From Octopus vulgaris (Eukaryota): DNA of 64,000 nt. The stretch's first letter is position 1. Each line of letters opens with the position of its first letter. The notes under the pieces were generated by a model that ran no database searches, had not been told where the DNA came from, and was given only the letters and a program-made list of their open reading frames with translations. Shown here piece after piece: positions 1 to 14,583 of this stretch. The position numbers were made by a program, and so were the translations under genes. Where the stretch lies: the NCBI GenBank assembly GCA_951406725.2, contig OX597816.1, forward strand, positions 128,030,001 through 128,094,000, in the 5' to 3' direction.

Positions 1-1119
1 TACGTCTCAAATTCATAATGCTCCCATAAAGTCTGAAATAGACATTTTATCCAACGTTAATGACATTTTATCTAACTAGTATTCTAGATCTAACTGTTGA
101 TCAATGTTATAAAATTGTTATTATTGAGTTTTTGAGGATCCTTTAGATTAAAGTATAATGCAAATGAGACCATATGTTTTTGTGTCAGTTATAGGTTTAG
201 TTATTCAATGTCCAATATAGATTATGAACCATTATGGAGAACAATTGCTTTCAATAATTGTACCTCTACCAATCTCTGCTTTGTTCAAAACACAAATTCC
301 TGTTTAGAAAATGAAAATCTGAAATATATATCATTCCATTGTTATTCCTTTTAAGAGAATCACGATAATATGAATTTATACATTATAATATCCATCATAG
401 ATTTTTACATTAACTATCTTCAACTCTCGTGTGGAAATCACTTCAGAAGTCAATATTAATGGTACAATATATTACATATAATGTCAGAATTATGCAAATA
501 AGGCAAACTACAAGTAACGAACTGTACATGCAGTTGAAAATTATACCTATTCAAATGGTCATATAATTCTGTCTTTCCCAATTGTCTATATTTTGTTAGC
601 TTTCACTGAGAGTTACTGGCATATTTACTGCTCTGAAAAATTACATACAGTACCTTTTATTTCAAAGTTCACTCTGTATATGAGAGATTTGAATTTCTAG
701 AGATGTAATCAAGCCTCATTTTTGTGATAAATCAGCTGTTGTTAAAAGTAATAAAAGATAATTAATTCTTTCTCTGAACGATATCAGATTGTATCTGTTT
801 ATAAATCAATTTCTATATAACTGTATAACTGATTTACTTAAACCAAAGTAGAATTTCTAATTTTAGACATACTTAATTTACAAATCACTGAATGAAAAAA
901 AAAACACTCTCTTAACTTGACATAACAATTTAAAATTTCAGTTTACAAAAATTATTGTGCAAGTTAGCTTTCACTTATTTCTTAATATTACATGATTAAG
1001 AAACATTTCTAAATTTTTGAAGAATGCATACATTGTTTTAATCTTTTCTATGAAAAAAAAAAAATCTTAGAAAAAGTCCAAAGAACTGATAAATATTTTT
1101 TGGAATTGTGCTTGAGAAG

Positions 1120-1549
1120 CCAGAGGTGTAATCAGCCCACTTATGTGTACCTTTCCTTCATTGGACACTGCTTGCAAAGACCTGTTGATGCAAGTGAAAT
1201 TGAAATCAAAATCGATGACTGGCATCCGTGCTATTGAAGCACTAAGAGCACCATCCGAGCGTCGCCTTACTGGCACTTATGCCGGTGTGCAGGTGGCACA
1301 TAAAAAATAATACCATTTGGGCGTGGCCATTGTCAGTACCGCCTGACTGGCCCTCATGCCGGTGGCACATAAAAGCACCCACTAAACTCTCGGAGTGGTT
1401 GGCATAAGGAAGGGCATCCAGCTGTAGAAACTCTGCCAGATCAAGGTTGGAGCCTGGTGCAGCCATTTGGTTTGCCAGTCCTCAGTCAAATCATCCAACC
1501 CATGCTAGCATGGAAAGCGGACATTAAACGATGATAATGATGATGATTA
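1120..1549 (+). mobile_element. 3' end of RTE-type LINE / derived short repeat with (GAT)n tail
   Basis: Motifs ggtggcacataaaagcacc, ggaagggcatccagc and ccaacccatgctagcatggaaagcggac followed by (atg)n; 5 or more copies in window. Confidence 0.8.
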
Positions 1550-1934
1550 TATTAAACTGTATTAACGTGATGGCAGTAATTGAAGTTCATCATGCACAAA
1601 AATCTACTTTCTAGGTATCCAGTATATTGTTTGTCTCTCAGTATATTTTAACAAAAGCCAAGTTGGTTAAAGTTTCAGAGGTGGAAGTCCTTTATTATGA
1701 TTCTACATTCAATTTTCTTACTGGTCAAATTTAAAAAAAAAAAAAAAAACTTTAATGAGTACACTCATAATTTTTGTATCTTAAATTAATTTATTTCAAT
1801 ACAGTACAGCTTGATTTATGTTTTTTTTTTATTGAGAATTAACTTATTTACAGCATATATTTTTGCTTCAAAACAATAAATCTAGGGAAATAGATCTACT
1901 ACTTTACAGTTTAGAGCAATTGAAAGAAATGAAG

Positions 1935-2900
1935 CCAGTATGCTTTGCTGGCTGAGCAATGTTAGTGTGCATGTTCAACAAAGCATAAGCATCTTGAGAG
2001 AAAAGTTAAGCATAAGAAGCATCAGATCTGGTGTGCAATAGAGATGACTGTGTTGGTATGATCATGTCATGCATATGGATGAGGATAGCTGTGTAAAGAA
2101 GTGCTGATCCCTAACTGTGGAAAAGTTCCTGTGGTAGAGGTAGACCCATGAAAACATGGGATGAGGTGGTGAAGCTTGATCTCTGAACTTTGGGCCTTAC
2201 AGAGGCATTGACTAGTGACTGAGACCTTTGGCAATATGCTGTGCTTGAGAAGACATGTCTAGCCAAGTGAAATAGCAGTCATGGCTGATGCTTGTATCAT
2301 GCAGCCAGCACCCATACAGGTGGCATGTGAAAAGCACCTCTCGAGTACTGAGCCTCATAGAGGTAAAGTGGTTGAGCTGCTTTTGAATGTTAGGCCTCAC
2401 AGAGGCAATGACCAAGACCTTTAGCATTATGTCGCACTTGAGAAGAAAACCATCAAGCCAAGTAAAATCAGTTGTGGCAGATACCAGTGTTATGCAAATA
2501 GCACCTGAGCCAGTGGCACATAAAAGCATCTTTTGAGCGTTGAACCTCACAAGCAAGGACCAAGACCATTTGGCATTATGCCAAGCTTTGAGCATTGAGC
2601 CTCATGGTGGCAATGACAGAGTTCATTTGAGATTATGTTATGCTTGAGAAGAAGACCCATCAAGCCAAGTAAAGCTGCAGTTGTGGCAGATACTGGTGTC
2701 ATGCAAATGGCACCTGTGCCGGTGGCACATCAAAGCACCCATTACACTCTCTGGTTGATTGGCATTAGGAAGAGCATCCAGCCATAGAAACCATGCCAAA
2801 ACTGACTGGAGTCTGGTGCAGCTCCTCAGCTTGCCAGCTCTGTTCAAACTGTGCATCCCATGCCAGCATGGACAGTGTGCATTAAATGATGATGATGATG
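1935..2900 (+). mobile_element. RTE-type LINE 3' fragment with tandemly repeated 3' subunits
   Basis: Decayed C-terminal coding (MDEDSCVKKC...GRGRP.KTWDEVVK.DL), 3-4 repeats of a ~170 bp gaccaagacc...aaagcacc unit, then the same (GAT)n tail. Confidence 0.75.
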
Positions 2901-4854
2901 TCCATTTATTGCTACTCTGGCTTAATCATGACATTGCACATTTCCTTAATTAGAGTAACAATCTTAACTACACAACTGACTGTATAGCTATTTAGTTTCA
3001 AACTAATAATCAATGCTACTGTGTTCACACCCATAACTGTTATTACATTTAGCTCCCATTCTATCTAAGAGTTCATCTATTCCTTTTGACCTTAATATCA
3101 TTGGTTTAAGATATCAAAGATCCATGATTTCTTTTGAAAGATCTTTTTACTGTTCTGTTACTATTGGTTCTCTTTAAGTGTGGATAGAACGAAAGCTTTC
3201 TTTTTATATGGAAATCATCAAATCATCTATGAATCATATGAGCTTTTTTATTTTTACTTATAATTTATTCATTGATACTTGGTTATTATTGTTGTTAAAA
3301 ATTGCTTTTAAGTTGATTTATCAGCAAGAATTTGAACATTTTATTTGATTCTAATCATGATAGATGGCACAATGAGATATTGTACCCTCTCGCACATACA
3401 CACACATGAATTAACTTATATATATTGGCTAGCTTCTACTTCACAAAATGTTTAACTTTTGACTTTTCATTTTGGAAGTTTTTTTATCAACTAAAAATTT
3501 GAATAAACACTTCATGATAGTTGCTGACATTCCTTCAATACCAATTTGACTATTAGTATTTGTTGACACCCACACAGTTAATCTAAACTAATATGCCTCC
3601 TGCTTGTTAAAATTAAATACAATTACATCAGTTATAGTGAGGGTCAGCAGCCTTAAGGCTAGCATGTTAATGGTGAATTATTTCTCTTTCTACTTCATTT
3701 CAATGACTATGTGGAGTTACTATTGTGGCCACCAGCAAAATTTAGATATTTAACATCTTCCTGATCACATTTCCTCAGACAAGAAGACATGGTATAGGAG
3801 GATGATAAGCTAAATTCAATTAGTAACCTCCAGAGACCTGGATTTCTGTACACATCGTTCAAGGTTCTTGGTATTATCCAATTTAGCATAAATATTATCA
3901 CAGAAGTTGAAGTTTCAACTATCTTGTGTCCTTAACTATCAATGTAAAAATGTATTTTTCAAAAGACTCTCTCTCTCACACACACACTCAAAATTTAGTA
4001 ACTATCTCTTAAATTGGATTGGCTCTAAGTAAATGCTGGCACTGGCTAAAACACTAAGGCTGTAAAGTGCTTTACCTGCATGTTTTTCAAGTGGTTTCAT
4101 TCCATTTGTAGAAATGAAAATTAAGATAGCATATGCAGATCCAAATACCAGAGTTTCCACAAATTTGTTGTTGAATAAAAAACAAAGATCTGCATGTATG
4201 AAATCTTCTCACTCTTAGAATTACTCTTATTACAAACAACAATAAAAACCATCTCCACATTAGTTATTTAGTATGACATCTGATCCAAATTTTGCTTTCA
4301 AAATTCTTCTTGTCAACACTTATTAGCCCAGCAATGTTGACTCTTCAAAGTATCAATAACAGTAATGAAAATCTAAATAGTGATAATATTATCTCTATAT
4401 CACAGTGTATGTAGTGTTTATAAAAAGAAAATGATATGAATATGTATGTATATGTTTGTTGTCCATATATAAATGTGTAAATACACACATATATGTACAA
4501 GTGTGTTTGATTATCATTATGTGTATGTATGTGTGAATGGAAATGTGTATGTATATAAATGTAGGTACATATGTTCCTTGCAGAATGTATTTTTAATACT
4601 CACTTGAATGCATATAAAAATACCGGTTCAATACCCATATCAATGGATTTTTTCTATACTTCATTTAAAGAAGAAATTTTTTTACTATTTTAACATTTCT
4701 TTTTCTATGCCACTCTTACAAATTTCGTCGTGATCTTTGTCCACCCTGCTTTACTTCAATCTATTACAACTATTTTGAAAACAGACGTATTCATTAGATT
4801 GTTTCTGACTTTTTACTGCCACATGAAAACCAGATATTTATTCCCCTATTGCAG

Positions 4855-4965
4855 GTCCTCTGCGTGGTGAAAATTCTTGTTGTCAAATTCCATGCTACAG
4901 AACTTACTCATGTCGTAAATCATATGACTCACTTTGCCCTCCCAGTCCAGTTGAATGTGCAACAG
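4855..4965 (+). CDS. Exon A (first exon found) of uncharacterised 5-TM membrane protein; Cys-rich extracellular segment
   Basis: ttcccctattgcAG acceptor and GTAAGA donor; 111 nt, phase 1-1, open: (G)PLRGENSCCQIPCYRTYSCRKSYDSLCPPSPVECAT; joins in frame to next exon. Confidence 0.8.
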
Positions 4966-6447
4966 GTAAGAAAATCATTTTGATACAATTAGCACTTTAA
5001 TGCAAGAAATTGTAATGCTTTTTTTCTACATTATCAAACTATTTAGATACTCATATCATCATTTCTCTTCCCCACATTGATGAGTTGAATGAATCTGTGA
5101 GTTGATTTTCTATGTAAACGTTTTACTTTATAGCATTATTAGACAGATTTTATACTGAATTCATATCTATATTTATTTATAAGCATATATATATATAAGA
5201 CTAGTAAGAAACAATTGTGAACTTTTTTATTACATTTAACTTTTAAAAATATTTTTGATAAGGTTCGTTTTTTTCTAGAAGAACCGGAACATGTAAAATT
5301 TCTAAGAAAATTAAAATTTATCTTATATAGTGGCGTTTTCAAACTTCTTTTATATATATATATATATATATATTCATTTCTGTATCAAATAGAACTATAT
5401 TCAGTGTGTACCTCATTCACATCTTATTCTGTTATGTAACAGGGAAGAATTCTTTGAGCCAGCATTAAACAATAAGTTAATAAATTTAGAATTCTTTTCT
5501 CTATGTATTTGAACATATTTTGCTCTACTTATGTGGAACCACCAATATTAAAAAAGGAAAATGTTAGCTATTGAAGTGTGTAAATGTATTTCTATTGTAT
5601 CTAGTATCATGTCTAACTGATTTTCCATTTTTGTATGATCCATGGCTCGCTTGTTCAGTATATATCATCACAGTCATCTTATGTCTGTTATTTTATTTTT
5701 TTCATACTGACTTTGATTGCATATGTCTGTTCCAGCAGTGTTTCACTACTTGTTGTCATCTAGCACAGACATGCCAACTGAAAAAAACACCAATCTTTGT
5801 AGTTGTGTTGTCACATTTTTTTTTGTCTTCTTTTCATTGCTGGATAGCATTGTTCTTGCGATCCACTTCATAACATGCATTGGGTGTATGTTATCATGCC
5901 ATCATCACTAAAGATCTTTTCTGTGCCAAGTATAGAAAGAAAGACAGTTATACAGACAGAGAGAGGTTCTTTCTTTTCAACTAGATTTTTTTAATCATTA
6001 TTCAAAATTACTGCTCTCCTATACAGGCTGCCATCACTGTTTATTGCAGGGGAGGGGGTCTCATGTCTTCTCTTCTTTGCAAAAAGTAAAATTTTGAAAA
6101 ACAATTTTGTTTTATTATCTTCTTAGTTATCATTGGTATAAACAATATTAGGTACTTTCTAGTTTTGTTATTCTCTGAGACACCTCAGCAGACACTCAAG
6201 CATTTGCAATAATATTAGGTGCGTACGATTCTAATTGAAATTATGTATTTCTAACTTGCCTCTTATAATTATTTTATGTCAACTTTTTTTCTGTAAAAAA
6301 AAAAAAAAAGATTTCTCCTCTCAGTTGTAAATAAAAAGATTTAAGTATAATTAATGCTTTTTCTCTAAACAATTTATGTGAATATCTCTTTATTGCTTCT
6401 ATTTTCATTATGTGACCTTTATAATTGATATTTGCTTCCTTTGATAG

Positions 6448-7029
6448 GTGATGCCTATGTGTTCACATTACGGCCAATGTTTAACTCTATATCGAGTCAG
6501 TTCTTCTGCCACTTACAATATAAAAAGCCGACAAAACTGTACAGCATAAATTATAGTGTTGACATCCCCCAAGTGGGGTATCAATTTAAAGAAAAACATC
6601 GAACAGTTTTAGCAGAATCTACTGGTTTCCACCATCACAGTTTAGTTACTGTTGACTTTATATCTGTTGAACATTCTTCACAGCTACCTGTACGGGAGCA
6701 AGCGATACTTGTAAAAGATCACAGTAGAGCTGATTTTTCTCTTCATTCATTGAAGGAAGCCGAGGATTTTGACCGAAAATTTGATATAAATAATCCCACA
6801 GACAACATCTTCTCCACTGATGCCCAGTTTTCAAAGCCATTCGAATATAGCTCTATGACTTGGCATAACGGTGGTTGTGGTAAAAATTCTTCGAAAATAT
6901 ATCCTGCGCAATTGCTATTTGTTGATCATGGTGATTCAGTTAATGCACATAAGTCTGTCTTTGATGGACGGTTCCATTATCACATATCAAACACCAAAGA
7001 AACACCACAAATAAAATTACTAATCAGTG
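6448..7029 (+). CDS. Exon B of 5-TM protein (extracellular region)
   Basis: Inside ORF 6432-7058; tttgatAG acceptor, GTAAGT donor at 7030; 582 nt, phase 1-1 (GDAYVFTLRPMF...QIKLLIS). Confidence 0.88.
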
Positions 7030-7469
7030 GTAAGTATTATTTATTTCACAAAAGGTAAAATATTTTAGTTGATTTAATTTTTAAATTACTGATACTTTAG
7101 CATTTGCTTAAATTTATATGGAATAATATATTTATATTGTAATGTACTATTTTAATTTTACATTTGAGCAATGAACCAAGTAGTATAAACACTCATACAT
7201 TGTTCTTACTCTCTCTTTATAGCAAACAGCTCAATATTAAAGCATTATCAACATGATTTTCCTAATGCCTTGTTGAATAGCAGTAGCCTTGAAGTAAAGT
7301 TATTCTGGCAACCAGTCTTAAAAAATTGGATGATGAAAATTAAAGGTAATTTGCTGTACATTTTACTTCCTAGCTTTTCACACCTACTGTCTTGACTCTC
7401 TTCTATTCTATTCCCCACCCTAAAATTACTTGGTAATTTGAAGATTAGTAATATATGTAGGGTAATGAA

Positions 7470-7650
7470 CAAAATGCCTTGAAGTATTTAGTTACATCCA
7501 TTTACATTTTGAATTCAAGTCCCATAGGATGAAATTTTGCTTTTCTTCCTCCCAGTGGTTAATAAAATAAGAACCTCTGAAGTTTTAGAGGTTGTATATT
7601 TACTTTGATTTTACTGAAATTTTGAGACTTTATGTCAATGTTAGAAACCA
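7470..7650 (+). mobile_element. Old degenerate family-1 SINE
   Basis: gaattcaagtccc...ttttgcttttcttcct...taataaaataagaacc resembles the core. Confidence 0.4.
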
Positions 7651-8565
7651 ATATTAATTGAATGTTAGTTTCTGTTATTGAAAAGAATTTTCTCCAAATA
7701 ATTTCATTATTTAAATTAACGTGTCTACCTACATTTTCAACCCCACCTGTTATAGTAATACAAAAGAGGGGGGAAAGGGTTGTGTGTAGAAATATAGTTA
7801 AAGGTAAAATGTATTATGTTTATTAAAGTGTTTATTATATAAATGTCTAGAGATGTTTCAGTAGGTTTTGTGATGATAAGTTCGACGGAACAGAGGTAGT
7901 TATAGTAAAATAAATATGACAGGGGTGAAACAACTAAATAGTGAAACACGTCTAGTATATATGTTGGTGCCTCAGAATAAAACTCTTGTTGACAAATTTC
8001 ACTTGTTGGATATCATGGAAGATTTGGTTCATGAAAGAAGTTCTGACTTCATGAAAGGTATTATCATTGCACATGAAGTAAGTGTAAGCTGAAAGTTAAG
8101 CAGGCATTTAAGAGAATGAACAGTGACCAAGAGAAGGTTAATGTAAAGTGTTGGACAGATGAGCAAGATCTGAGACACTGTAAGGTTCACAATAAATTTC
8201 CAGACCATAGACTGACATCTACCCTTTCTAAAAACAAATATTTTTTTTGGTTGAATTAGAATTAGTGTTCCTAAATTTTGAAATAGTTTGCTTTTTTCTT
8301 ATTTTACTTAGTGACTGGTTCACTAACATTTTTTTTTTCTAATTAAGTAACAGGTTGTATATTACAATGTATAAGTGTTTCAACAACGTCAAAAGCCTGA
8401 CTATAATTTTACACTCATTTTCTTGTCATTTTTTGTTTTGCAATAATGTTTCCAATTTGATATGGATTCAACAAATTTGAACAGTCATAAAAAATGAGAA
8501 ATCATAAAGCTCAAGTTGTTTGGTTTACTAATTGATTTACTAACCGTCACTCTAGTAAAGACAAG

Positions 8566-8740
8566 GAGCTTGACAACCGATGCTAGTGTGTTTATGTCCC
8601 CGTCACTTAGTGGTTCGGCAAAAGTGATCGATAGAATAAGTACTGGGCTTACAAAGAATAAGTCCTGGGGTCGAGTTGCTCGATTAAAGGCGGTGCTCCA
8701 GCATGGCCACAGTCAAATGACTGAAACAAGTAAAAGAGTA
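8566..8740 (+). mobile_element. SINE family 2, 3' part
   Basis: cttgacaaccgatgctagtgtgtttatgtccccgt.acttag...ggcggtgctccagcatggccacagtc...gaaacaagtaaaaga; matches 28320-28495 and reverse complement of 57760-57945. Confidence 0.7.
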
Positions 8741-10282
8741 TAATAACGTAAAATTTCATGTGTTTATCATACACAATATGTAATTGAGAACCACTATACA
8801 CAATGCTTTTTACCACTGTCTTTCCTCATTATTTCTTTTTTTGTTGCTCTACTTAACATTACCTCCAATATCCAATGAGTTTCAAGCTCTCAGTTACAAA
8901 ACATAAAATTTTCTATGGCTGAACACAGGCTACAGTGAATATTTTGTTAATGTACTGAAAGTCTAATCTTGTACTTTAGATGTAGTCATAGAGTATATTA
9001 AACACAGTGGAATTTGGATCCTTTCCATTTTAAATAATAAATCTTTATCACTTGGTACTTTTCTAATTCTTTATATGAAAAATTGTTGCCCAGTTTAGGT
9101 ACCATTTATTATTGGACCTTCAACACAATTTTGATGTAGATTGAGAATGCAGCTGTACCAGTTTTCAAATTTAGAACATATGCAGATATTCCAGAGGGAA
9201 TAAAAGGGTTCAGAAGTTCATTATGTCAAGGTTCTTACCAGACCTGAAATATTTTTAAGTATTACCTCCAAGGAATAATAATACTTCATTCTTGCTTGGC
9301 AATGAGTATTTTTGATGAGAGAATCATATCTTCTTTGTTATGTTAGCAAATATATAGTTATCTATGACCCTTCAACACTTATTTTTGGGTACATCCACAT
9401 CATTATCAGTAATTGACTTGTTACTTTCTGAAGTAACTTCAATTCCCGTTTGAACTAGCCAGTTTGTTATATATCTCTGTTATTCATGGTATGTAAAATT
9501 TTGAGTTTGCTAATATGGTTTTTAAAAAAGACTTTAGATATGGGAGCACTAAATGTATGTGTCTATAAAAGAAATTTTATAGCCTGAAGTAGGTAACACC
9601 TTATCATAGGTAGAATAATCTTATCTCCAAAAGCTCTATCTACACTCATTATCTTGTAAGTATTTATCAAGCCATGATTTAAGAATTTTTTTTCTATTTT
9701 GTTATACATTTAGAGATTTTTTTACAACATTGTTTCACCGTAATAAAGATTTTGGCACTTCTTTTCTAGTGCTCTATCTAAGTATAAAAACATATATTTA
9801 ACATGTCAAAATTAAGTGAAAGTGTTTTCCTAGAAAATGAAATAATTCAGGAATGAGTGTTTTCATAGATAATGAATTTATGAAAAATAAAATATTCAGT
9901 AGTGACAGTTAAGTAAATAGTCAACAGTAGAGTGCCAGTTAGATACTGTAAAGCATATGAAAGCATTCTGAATCCCTGTGGAATTGTGGAAAAATAAGAA
10001 ATAAATGAGTAACTTATATTCAGCTCAAAATAATTAGAATCTTATTTAATTGAGTTTATGTGGTATTATGCCTTTCCTAATGATGCTATTTGAACAGTTA
10101 TTAGACTTGTTCATAATTTGTTGTAATATTCAAATATATTGATCCATTTATCCTTTGAATTAAAATTTTAAAAAAATTTAAATATAACTTTCAGATGTTG
10201 TTCAGGAAAAATATTGTCACACTTTTTATTTCTTTTTATTTTTTTTTTTCTTATTTTAAGGAAAACCCTTTTATTTTTGCAG

Positions 10283-10366
10283 AGCAAAACTCTTCTATGT
10301 TACCACTCACTCGCTTTCACTTAGAAGTGTTATGTGCAAACACAAACTGTAACAAGCAGTATTATG
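10283..10366 (+). CDS. Exon C of 5-TM protein
   Basis: ttatttttgcAG acceptor, GTTAAT donor (alternative donor at 10349 has the same phase); 84 nt, phase 1-1: EQNSSMLPLTRFHLEVLCANTNCNKQYY. Confidence 0.65.
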
Positions 10367-10498
10367 GTTAATTTATGATTTTAATTGATGAATGTCACAA
10401 CTACATCTTTCTCGTGTTCTATTAAGATATCAATGAAATTAATCATTGAATGTTTAAGTATTTTTTGTATTTATACTGAATTCTTTTCCTTTTTTCAG

Positions 10499-11654
10499 GG
10501 GTTCTTTACTCTTGCCCTGGCTATTTAAGAATGAAAGTTTATGATAGTGAGCATCGCATCTGCTACGGAAGCTATGATATGTTCATCAATTGCCCAACCA
10601 CTTTTCAGATATCTGCAGTTCTTACTGAATGGGGTAACAAGCAGCCATCAATTTTAACTGTGATGCTCAGTGACATCGAAAGTACTCATCGCCTCCATTT
10701 GACCACTCACGAAATCAATAAAGACTATATGAAACCTTCATCAAATTCATATAGACTCAAAAAACATAGCACAGTTAGAATTTCACCTTGGAAACCAGTT
10801 ATTGCAATTCTTGTATCTGCCAGTATTCTAGGTACAATGATGTTATGTACCTTAGCTGGTTTATTAATTTACAATGTTGGTCGTCGAACTATACCATCAC
10901 TACCACCTCCATCACCAGCACAAGACGAGCGCCGGTCTTCACTTCTCAGCAGTCCTGAGCAAGAGCGACCTCTGGAAATTATTCCAAGACCCCCCACTGA
11001 AACTTCCAGAGGATTAGTTTTTCTATTTATAGTCATTTATTTAATGTATTCATTCTTCTTTACATTGTCAGTTACGTTGGGTTTGTTCTATGTCATCATC
11101 GGTCCATCTGTCATCTCATTACAGAACACTACCGAAATGAGTTATCATGTGCGACAGAGTGTAAACAGATGTTTAGAAGAAATTAAAGCACATGAGAAAT
11201 TTGAGACAATGCGAATGTTGGACTTGATAAAACAGAGACAGATATCATGTCAATCTCATCTTGACACTGAAGTCACCCACATTCTACAAGGAATGCACTC
11301 TTCCACAAGAATGGTCTTGAGAAGTGTTTACAGAGACAATGGATTGCTGAAAAAGTCTGTGCATGACTTGTTTATGTCTAAACAATTTAAATTTGAATCT
11401 GAATTAAATGAATTTATCTGCGACACTAACCATACGTTATATAATCAGCTTCTGAGCTTTCGTTCAAAGTACATCAACTTCCTTAAGAAATTAGTTCACA
11501 ACCAATGGTTGGAATTTCCAAAGAAAATATTTGAACGTCATGGTTCTATAAATGATGTATTCGAATCAGAAAATTCACTGCTGGAATATCTCAACTGGTT
11601 AGAAGTAGACAAAGTATTTGAAGTGAGTCAAGTGCATGATATTATTATGAAGCA
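10499..11654 (+). CDS. Exon D of 5-TM protein: TM1, Pro-rich loop, TM2 and large helical loop
   Basis: Covers ORF 10531-11658; tttttcAG acceptor, CA|GTAAGT donor (phase 1-2); hydrophobic runs VIAILVSASILGTMMLCTLAGLLIY and GLVFLFIVIYLMYSFFFTLSVTLGLFYVII. Confidence 0.92.
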
Positions 11655-13531
11655 GTAAGTATTTAATTTTTAGATACAAATATAATGATTTAATAACAAC
11701 TGTAAATACTTATTGAACTATTGCTAAACTAAGGCTTTGTCTATTAAATCATTAATGATATCTTAAACACATTAACACACTCTTTGCCAGTAATTAATGA
11801 AACATGTTCTCATTGGTTTTAAATTGGGAAGGTAGTGGAAATAGAATGTTTGAAATAGTTTATATGTACATGTATGTAGAATTACTGACATTTCCTAACA
11901 AAAGAAAATATTTGCTTACAGTTTGCTGATCACTATCCTTTCTTAATTAAAGGAATTTTTTTATTAATTTTTTTTTATGTATGTGCTTCATTCCTGGCTG
12001 TGATTTCATGGAATCGACGTCGCTTATTTCCCAAAATCCATCCTCACTGATAACACTTCCAGTTTTATAACTAAAGTGAAGAACATTTGTGGTTGTACTA
12101 AGAGAGAGAGAGAAAGGGGGATAAAAGAAGCGTGGAGTAAGTAGCTGGAGTAGTAGATAAAGAAAGAAGAGGCAAGAGGTGGATTCCAATATGCAACAAT
12201 CTCGTTTTTTACGTTTTATTCACATTCTGTACTACAAATGACATACAGCAACCTCCACTGGTTAATTTCCACTCTGTTAGAAAAGATTATTTAAAAAAAT
12301 GGAGATCATCATCACCATCGTCATTTTTTATATACATTTTCCATCTTTGCATGGGTCAGATAGAGATTATTGAAGCAGATTGTCCATGGCTGGATACCAT
12401 TTCAGTCATCAACCCTTATCTGCATCCAAGCAAGGTAATATTTTTTCCATGGCCTGACATGTTCTTGCTGAATATTGGAAATGAATGACAATGACTCTCA
12501 TTTACAACTATAAAGATGTCGATACAAGGAGACACAAAAATACACACACATTCACAGCAAACGTCTTTCAGTTTTCATCTAACAAATCCATTCACAAGGC
12601 TTTGATCAGCCCAGGGCTGCAGTAAAAGACACCTGTCCAAGGTGCTATGCAGTAGGATTGAAACTGAAACCATGTGACTCAGAAGAAATCTTCTTAACCA
12701 AACAGCAATGCATGAACCTATAGCCATATCACATATACAAACAGACAGAATGGTCGCCACTGGGACAGGGCAACCAAGGGCTGTATATAAAACAGATGAA
12801 AGGCACTTATCATAGGTCTGCCCTCCCAAGCATAGCCTTGGGTTAAACAATTGTACATGTTTTGAACCAATAAGAATCCTTATGTTGGTATGTTTAATGT
12901 AATTTTGAGAAAAGCGCTACAAGATAGGAAAAAACATAAAGAGAAATAAAAAGGATGACAGCAACAAACCCCAAACATTTTTGGCAGGTACAGCACTAGT
13001 TTCTAAGAAAAAAAAAATTCACTTACAGTATTATATCTTTCTAAACTATGATATTTGGTAAGTCATGATATCTTAAATTAACCTAACCATTTAAAGAAAT
13101 GCTCTTGCAAAATTAACTAACATTAACAAACATAAAATAAAATATATGTTGAAAAATAAGAACTTGTGACCAAAAATATAACAAGTTTGTACCTTAATAA
13201 AATGCAGTAGTATTAAAGAATTTGATTCATGTATTCTAACACTTGTAAAAGAAAAATAATCAGTAGATGAACTGAAAGACCCAAAAGCATTAGAAACCAC
13301 AGAAACTGTAGATTTGCTTAAAGTTGTATTCAGGATGAAATCTGTATTAGATATACTCAAATTATATCGTCAGTAAATTAAAACCCTTGACTGAATTTTT
13401 CAAAGAGTTTTTGTTTCCCTCAACTCTAAAATAATTATTTTCATTCATAAATGTTTCACCTATGGTCAGGAATATTGGATAGTGACTGGAAACACAAGTG
13501 GCCGAAATGGAGTTCTGAAAGAACTCTAGAA

Positions 13532-13854
13532 CAGCGATGCACAACCTGTGGCCAAATGAAGGCATATTGTGCAGCTCATGAAACCATTTTGCAAAGACTT
13601 TCTTATTTTAACAAATTACTGAAAATTAACATAGCGAACTGCTTGTACCACAATCACACACTGAATATACACATAATAGTAGCTATCTATTAACTTTTAT
13701 CATTATGTTTCCTTCGTGTCTTTATTAACCTTTTCTATACTACTGTTTTTGTATGTTTCTTGATCATCCAAATTATATGATATACTTTGCAGCCTGCTTT
13801 GAGTGATTGAATTCATGATTTGACCCTTTGGATGAAAAAGGTTGTGCATCCATG
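13532..13854. mobile_element. hAT-type MITE
   Basis: TIRs cagcgatgcacaacct / aggttgtgcatccatg; 8-bp TSD ctctagaa / ctctagag. Confidence 0.8.
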
Positions 13855-14583
13855 CTCTAGAGTAATGATACTCAACATGGTGTGTAGCTTCGAAATCCAG
13901 GAGTCTCTCCAGGTTGAGCCACTACTTCTCTACATTCAGGGATGACAGTTCTAGTACTATAGAAGTGATTAGAATGGTACAGGAAAAAATTGCAAGATGC
14001 ATTCTTCAAGCTAAGCCAACTGGTAGGAGACCTACAAGTAGATCACGGAGATGGCTGGATAATATCTAAAGTCTCCATTTGTCACACTTGAGAATCCAGC
14101 TGGAAAGTCTAATGATGATAGAATCCTGTGGAGGAGGTACCTGAGGACTGTACTACCCCTAACCCTCCCAGGAATAGTAGGTGAAGATGGATAAATGTTC
14201 TGGGTTTTAAAAAAGATTCATTAGTTTTATTCGAACTCTTTCCTCTTTAATCATCAAAATGCTACGTTGTTCGTGATAAAAGGTACTTTTGTTAGAGTTA
14301 TACACCATTCAGATTAAACTCCTGTATTTGGAAGGTGATGAAAAATCCTCTAGATAAAAATGTATTTTATTGTAGAAAACTAAGCATTTGAACTATGACT
14401 GTAAAATTAATTGTAAGGATGCAATAAAATATTTTATGTAATATATATAAACTCGTAACCAAAAATATCCAACAGGGTTTACTTTAAATAATTTGATTTA
14501 TGTCTTAAATAATTTGATTTATGTCTTCTAACACTTATATTCTTAAATCTTATGTTCTGATATGCATTGTTTTCCTCTTTCAG

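Noticed and set aside
215-480. Possible upstream exon(s) of the 5-TM gene (Cys-containing short frames)
   Set aside because: In-frame stops and weak splice signals; no consistent phase link
1242-1466. Recurrent ORF MAAPGSNLDLAEFLQLD... (also 59492-59710)
   Set aside because: Antisense reading of the RTE-type 3' repeat, not a gene family
2200-2740. Regular repeat units resembling a CRISPR-like array
   Set aside because: Long diverged tandem subunits of a LINE 3' region, with no unique spacers or cas genes
5195-5370. Possible - strand Helitron fragment ending in CTAG
   Set aside because: No 3' hairpin or second copy in window; too weak to call
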